From positions 465-64,464 of the forward strand of contig CAYYUX010000001.1 of NCBI GenBank assembly GCA_964474975.1: a stretch of DNA of 64,000 nt, read 5' to 3'. This DNA is from an uncultured Thermodesulfobacteriota bacterium (lineage in GTDB: Bacteria > Desulfobacterota > GWC2-55-46 > JADFVP01). Shown piece after piece: positions 61,892-64,000 of the stretch. The notes beneath the pieces are model-generated. The model made no database searches, was not told the origin of the DNA, and was given only the letters and a program-made list of their open reading frames with translations. A program made the position numbers and the translations under genes. Within the stretch, counting starts at the first letter, position 1; each line of letters opens with the position of its first letter.

Positions 61892-63988
61892 ATGAATTTC
61901 AGCTCTTTAAAGGCAAGATTTTCAATCAGTTTTCTCGTACTGCTGGTGTTTTTCCTTGTGCAGATACCCATAGTCTACACCCTTGTTACTTCCATGGGGA
62001 CAGGGCTAAAGACAGTTGATATCTCTGGAGGGCTAAGGAAGAGGGTAGTTGAGATAAGTTTTCTGCTTACTCGCCACATACTCACCAACGACGAGTCCCT
62101 GGAGCCAATCTTTCAGGCCAGGAAGCAGGACTTTGAGAAGGTTCTAAGAGGACTTAAAGAGGGCTCCGCAGAGATACCTGCCTTGACAGGAGCCGAACAG
62201 CTGGCACAGCTGAAGGAAGTGGAGCAGAAGTGGAAGACTACGAACAAGGCCTTTAACTGGGCCATGGACTACGGAGACGGCCTTACCGAGGGCATGACAG
62301 CACTCGACGCACAGATACCTGTAATGATAGGCAGGCTCAACAAGGCGATAAAGGCCTTTGTAAAGCTGAACAATCCCTTGTATGGCCGTAGTATCAACCT
62401 CGCCGGCCTTCAGCGCATGAGGACAGTAAAGCTCGGCTACCTTACCCATCGGTACTTCTCTGCCTTTGACAATAAGACCAAGGTCAAGCTTGAAGGGGCT
62501 ATAGAACAGACTATCTCCAATTTTGAGGAGACACTCATGGGGCTTGAGTTCGGCTCAAAGGAGCTGGGGCTTAGAAAACCTGTTCCCGGAGAGGTCGTAG
62601 CCGCCATGGGGCCCGTTAAAGAGCTATGGAAGACCAGAAAGGCCACTATCCTCAATGTAGTAGAGCTTAAGGATAAGTTTGATAAGCAGATGAGCTCTAT
62701 CGCAAACGAACATACTGCCGCTATAGTGACAGCCGCTACTGCCCTTAATCAAGGTATCGCCTCTGCGGCCAACGCGCAGGCAAGGCACGTACTTACATTA
62801 ATGATAGTCATGGTATGCCTTTCCGCAGTCCTTGTCATCTTTTTCCTCTTCAGGACCACACGCCTCGTAATAGCTCCCATAGAGCAGGTGGAGAGGATGG
62901 TGAAGAAATTCGCAGATGGCGATCTTACTGGCAGGGTGCAGGTAAATCACAAGTCCTTTGGCAAGGTGATTAAGGACGAGGTATACAGCCTCGGCACAAG
63001 CGTAAACGCCATGGCCGACTCTATGAGCGACATAGTCGGTAAGATAGGCAACTCTTCAGTAAGCCTTGGTTCCTCATCAAGCCAGCTTGCATCGTCATCA
63101 TCGAATATGAACGAGGGTGTAAACAGGCAGTCCGCCCAGACCGCTCAGGTGGCAACTGCCATGGAAGAGATGAATGCCGCTGTCATCGAGGTTGCGCGTA
63201 ACTCTCACAGCGCTACGGAGACGGCGAGAACGGCACGCGATATCGCGACAAAGGGCGGAGACGTCGTAGGCCAGGCCATTAATGCCATGAAAGACGTGGC
63301 AGAGTCCACAGACGTAACGGGTACGACCATAAAGAGCCTCGGCAAGAGTTCCGAGGAGATAGGCACTATCATCTCTGTTATTAACGACATAGCCGACCAG
63401 ACAAACCTCCTTGCCCTTAACGCGGCCATTGAGGCGGCCCGCGCCGGTGAGCAGGGCAGGGGTTTTGCCGTTGTGGCCGACGAGGTGAGAAAACTCGCCG
63501 AGAGGACTACTAAGGCCACAAAAGAGATAAGCGAGATGATAAATACCATTCAGGATGAGACGGCTCAGGCCGTCAACGCCATGGAAGAGGGCACTCATAA
63601 GGTGGAGAACGGAGTAAAGCTTGCCAATGAGGCCGGAGAGGCCCTCTCGCAGATAGTCACGGGCGTCGAGGACGTCAACGATATGATAGGGCAGATAGCC
63701 ACCGCCGCCGAGGAGCAGAGCGCCACGGCAGAGGAGATAGCCCGAAACATGGAGAATATCTCCGAGGCCGCTCAATCCAATGTAGACGCCATAAACGACG
63801 TATCAAGCGCCTCGGGCAGTGTCGCCGATATTGCTACGGAGCTTAAAAGCCTTGTAGGCAGGTTCGTCATTACGAGCCGCGGGATCGAGGAAACCCCTGA
63901 GCTGAAACTCATTCATGGCAGCGGCGGACAGGCCCCGGAGAGCGCCGGATCTGATAACCCCTTCGACAAGGCTGTGCAGGGCTTATGA
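61892..63988 (+). CDS. Methyl-accepting chemotaxis protein (TM - periplasmic ligand-binding domain - TM - HAMP - MA signalling domain)
   Basis: TM1 ([18 protein letters not shown]), about 270-aa periplasmic helical domain, TM2 ([20 protein letters not shown]), HAMP (…[23 protein letters not shown]…), and highly conserved MA hairpin core (…[40 protein letters not shown]…). RBS GGAGG before the ATG at 61892. Confidence 0.85.
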   Translation: MNFSSLKARFSISFLVLLVFFLVQIPIVYTLVTSMGTGLKTVDISGGLRKRVVEISFLLTRHILTNDESLEPIFQARKQDFEKVLRGLKEGSAEIPALTGAEQLAQLKEVEQKWKTTNKAFNWAMDYGDGLTEGMTALDAQIPVMIGRLNKAIKAFVKLNNPLYGRSINLAGLQRMRTVKLGYLTHRYFSAFDNKTKVKLEGAIEQTISNFEETLMGLEFGSKELGLRKPVPGEVVAAMGPVKELWKTRKATILNVVELKDKFDKQMSSIANEHTAAIVTAATALNQGIASAANAQARHVLTLMIVMVCLSAVLVIFFLFRTTRLVIAPIEQVERMVKKFADGDLTGRVQVNHKSFGKVIKDEVYSLGTSVNAMADSMSDIVGKIGNSSVSLGSSSSQLASSSSNMNEGVNRQSAQTAQVATAMEEMNAAVIEVARNSHSATETARTARDIATKGGDVVGQAINAMKDVAESTDVTGTTIKSLGKSSEEIGTIISVINDIADQTNLLALNAAIEAARAGEQGRGFAVVADEVRKLAERTTKATKEISEMINTIQDETAQAVNAMEEGTHKVENGVKLANEAGEALSQIVTGVEDVNDMIGQIATAAEEQSATAEEIARNMENISEAAQSNVDAINDVSSASGSVADIATELKSLVGRFVITSRGIEETPELKLIHGSGGQAPESAGSDNPFDKAVQGL

Positions 63989-64000
63989 TGGTATGCCGCG

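Noticed and set aside
1-64000. Mobile elements, prophage, defence islands, rRNA/tRNA
   Set aside because: There are no transposase, integrase, recombinase, restriction-modification or toxin-antitoxin-like ORFs. There are no tRNA cloverleaf-like or rRNA-like conserved stretches. The window is continuous flagellar/chemotaxis and sugar-modification content.

Overview
This 64-kb window is a nearly contiguous, mostly plus-strand flagellar/chemotaxis supercluster. GC content is moderately high, gene order resembles Deltaproteobacteria or Nitrospirae-like genomes, and sigma-54/sigma-28 logic is visible in the sequence. It is densely coding with no rRNA, tRNA, CRISPR, transposase or integrase.

Gene content by coordinate:
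- 1-12.5 kb: a 10-gene co-directional, partly overlapping operon that looks like a flagellin glycosylation island. It holds a PseG-like GT28 C-terminal fragment cut by the window edge, two SAM methyltransferases, two Zn-alcohol dehydrogenases, a transaldolase/fructose-6-P-aldolase-like enzyme, an ATP-grasp ligase, a B12-binding radical-SAM enzyme, a diverged GH57-like protein and a Maf (motility accessory factor) glycosyltransferase.
- 12.6-17.1 kb: an orphan acidic protein, a sigma-28 promoter, fliC (short 280-aa flagellin), fliD, fliS, a FlgN/FliT-like chaperone and a PilZ protein.
- 17.2-18.9 kb, minus strand: motB and motA.
- 18.9-19.5 kb: a 647-bp noncoding region with about 43-bp periodic degenerate repeats.
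- 19.5-25.8 kb: an NtrC-family sigma-54 activator (FleQ/FlrA-like), a sigma-54-driven 810-aa secreted TPR protein, a cytoplasmic histidine kinase and a second sigma-54 response regulator (FlrB/FlrC-like).
- 26.0-46.5 kb: flgB, flgC, fliE, fliF, fliG, fliH, an about 280-bp GA-rich spacer, fliI, fliJ, an MgtE_N-like gene, fliK, flgD, flgE, a strong terminator, a sigma-54 promoter, then fliL, fliM, fliN, fliO, fliP, fliQ, fliR, flhB, flhA and flhF.
- 46.7-56.5 kb: flhG, fliA, a HEAT-repeat protein, cheR, two cheY genes, cheA, cheB and a second motA/motB pair.
- 56.7-61.0 kb, minus strand: an HDOD protein and a 1089-aa TM-HAMP-PAS-GAF-GAF-HD-GYP c-di-GMP phosphodiesterase.
- 61.3-64.0 kb: cheW and an MCP.

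Most worth a second look:
- The unusual enzyme set of the flagellin-glycan operon: B12-rSAM, aldolase plus two ADHs, ATP-grasp, and a GH57-like protein with a degenerated catalytic motif.
- A recurrent family of purine-rich GGATG/GGCAAGAGGGGGA elements in flagellar intergenic regions and leaders. The sequence is compatible with CsrA-type GGA-hairpin sites.
- The 43-bp periodic repeats upstream of the master regulator.
- A palindrome overlapping a sigma-54 promoter.
- A PflA-like TPR protein.
- A lysine-rich FliK N-terminal region.

All calls rest on reading the translated ORFs and sequence motifs; no searches were run.
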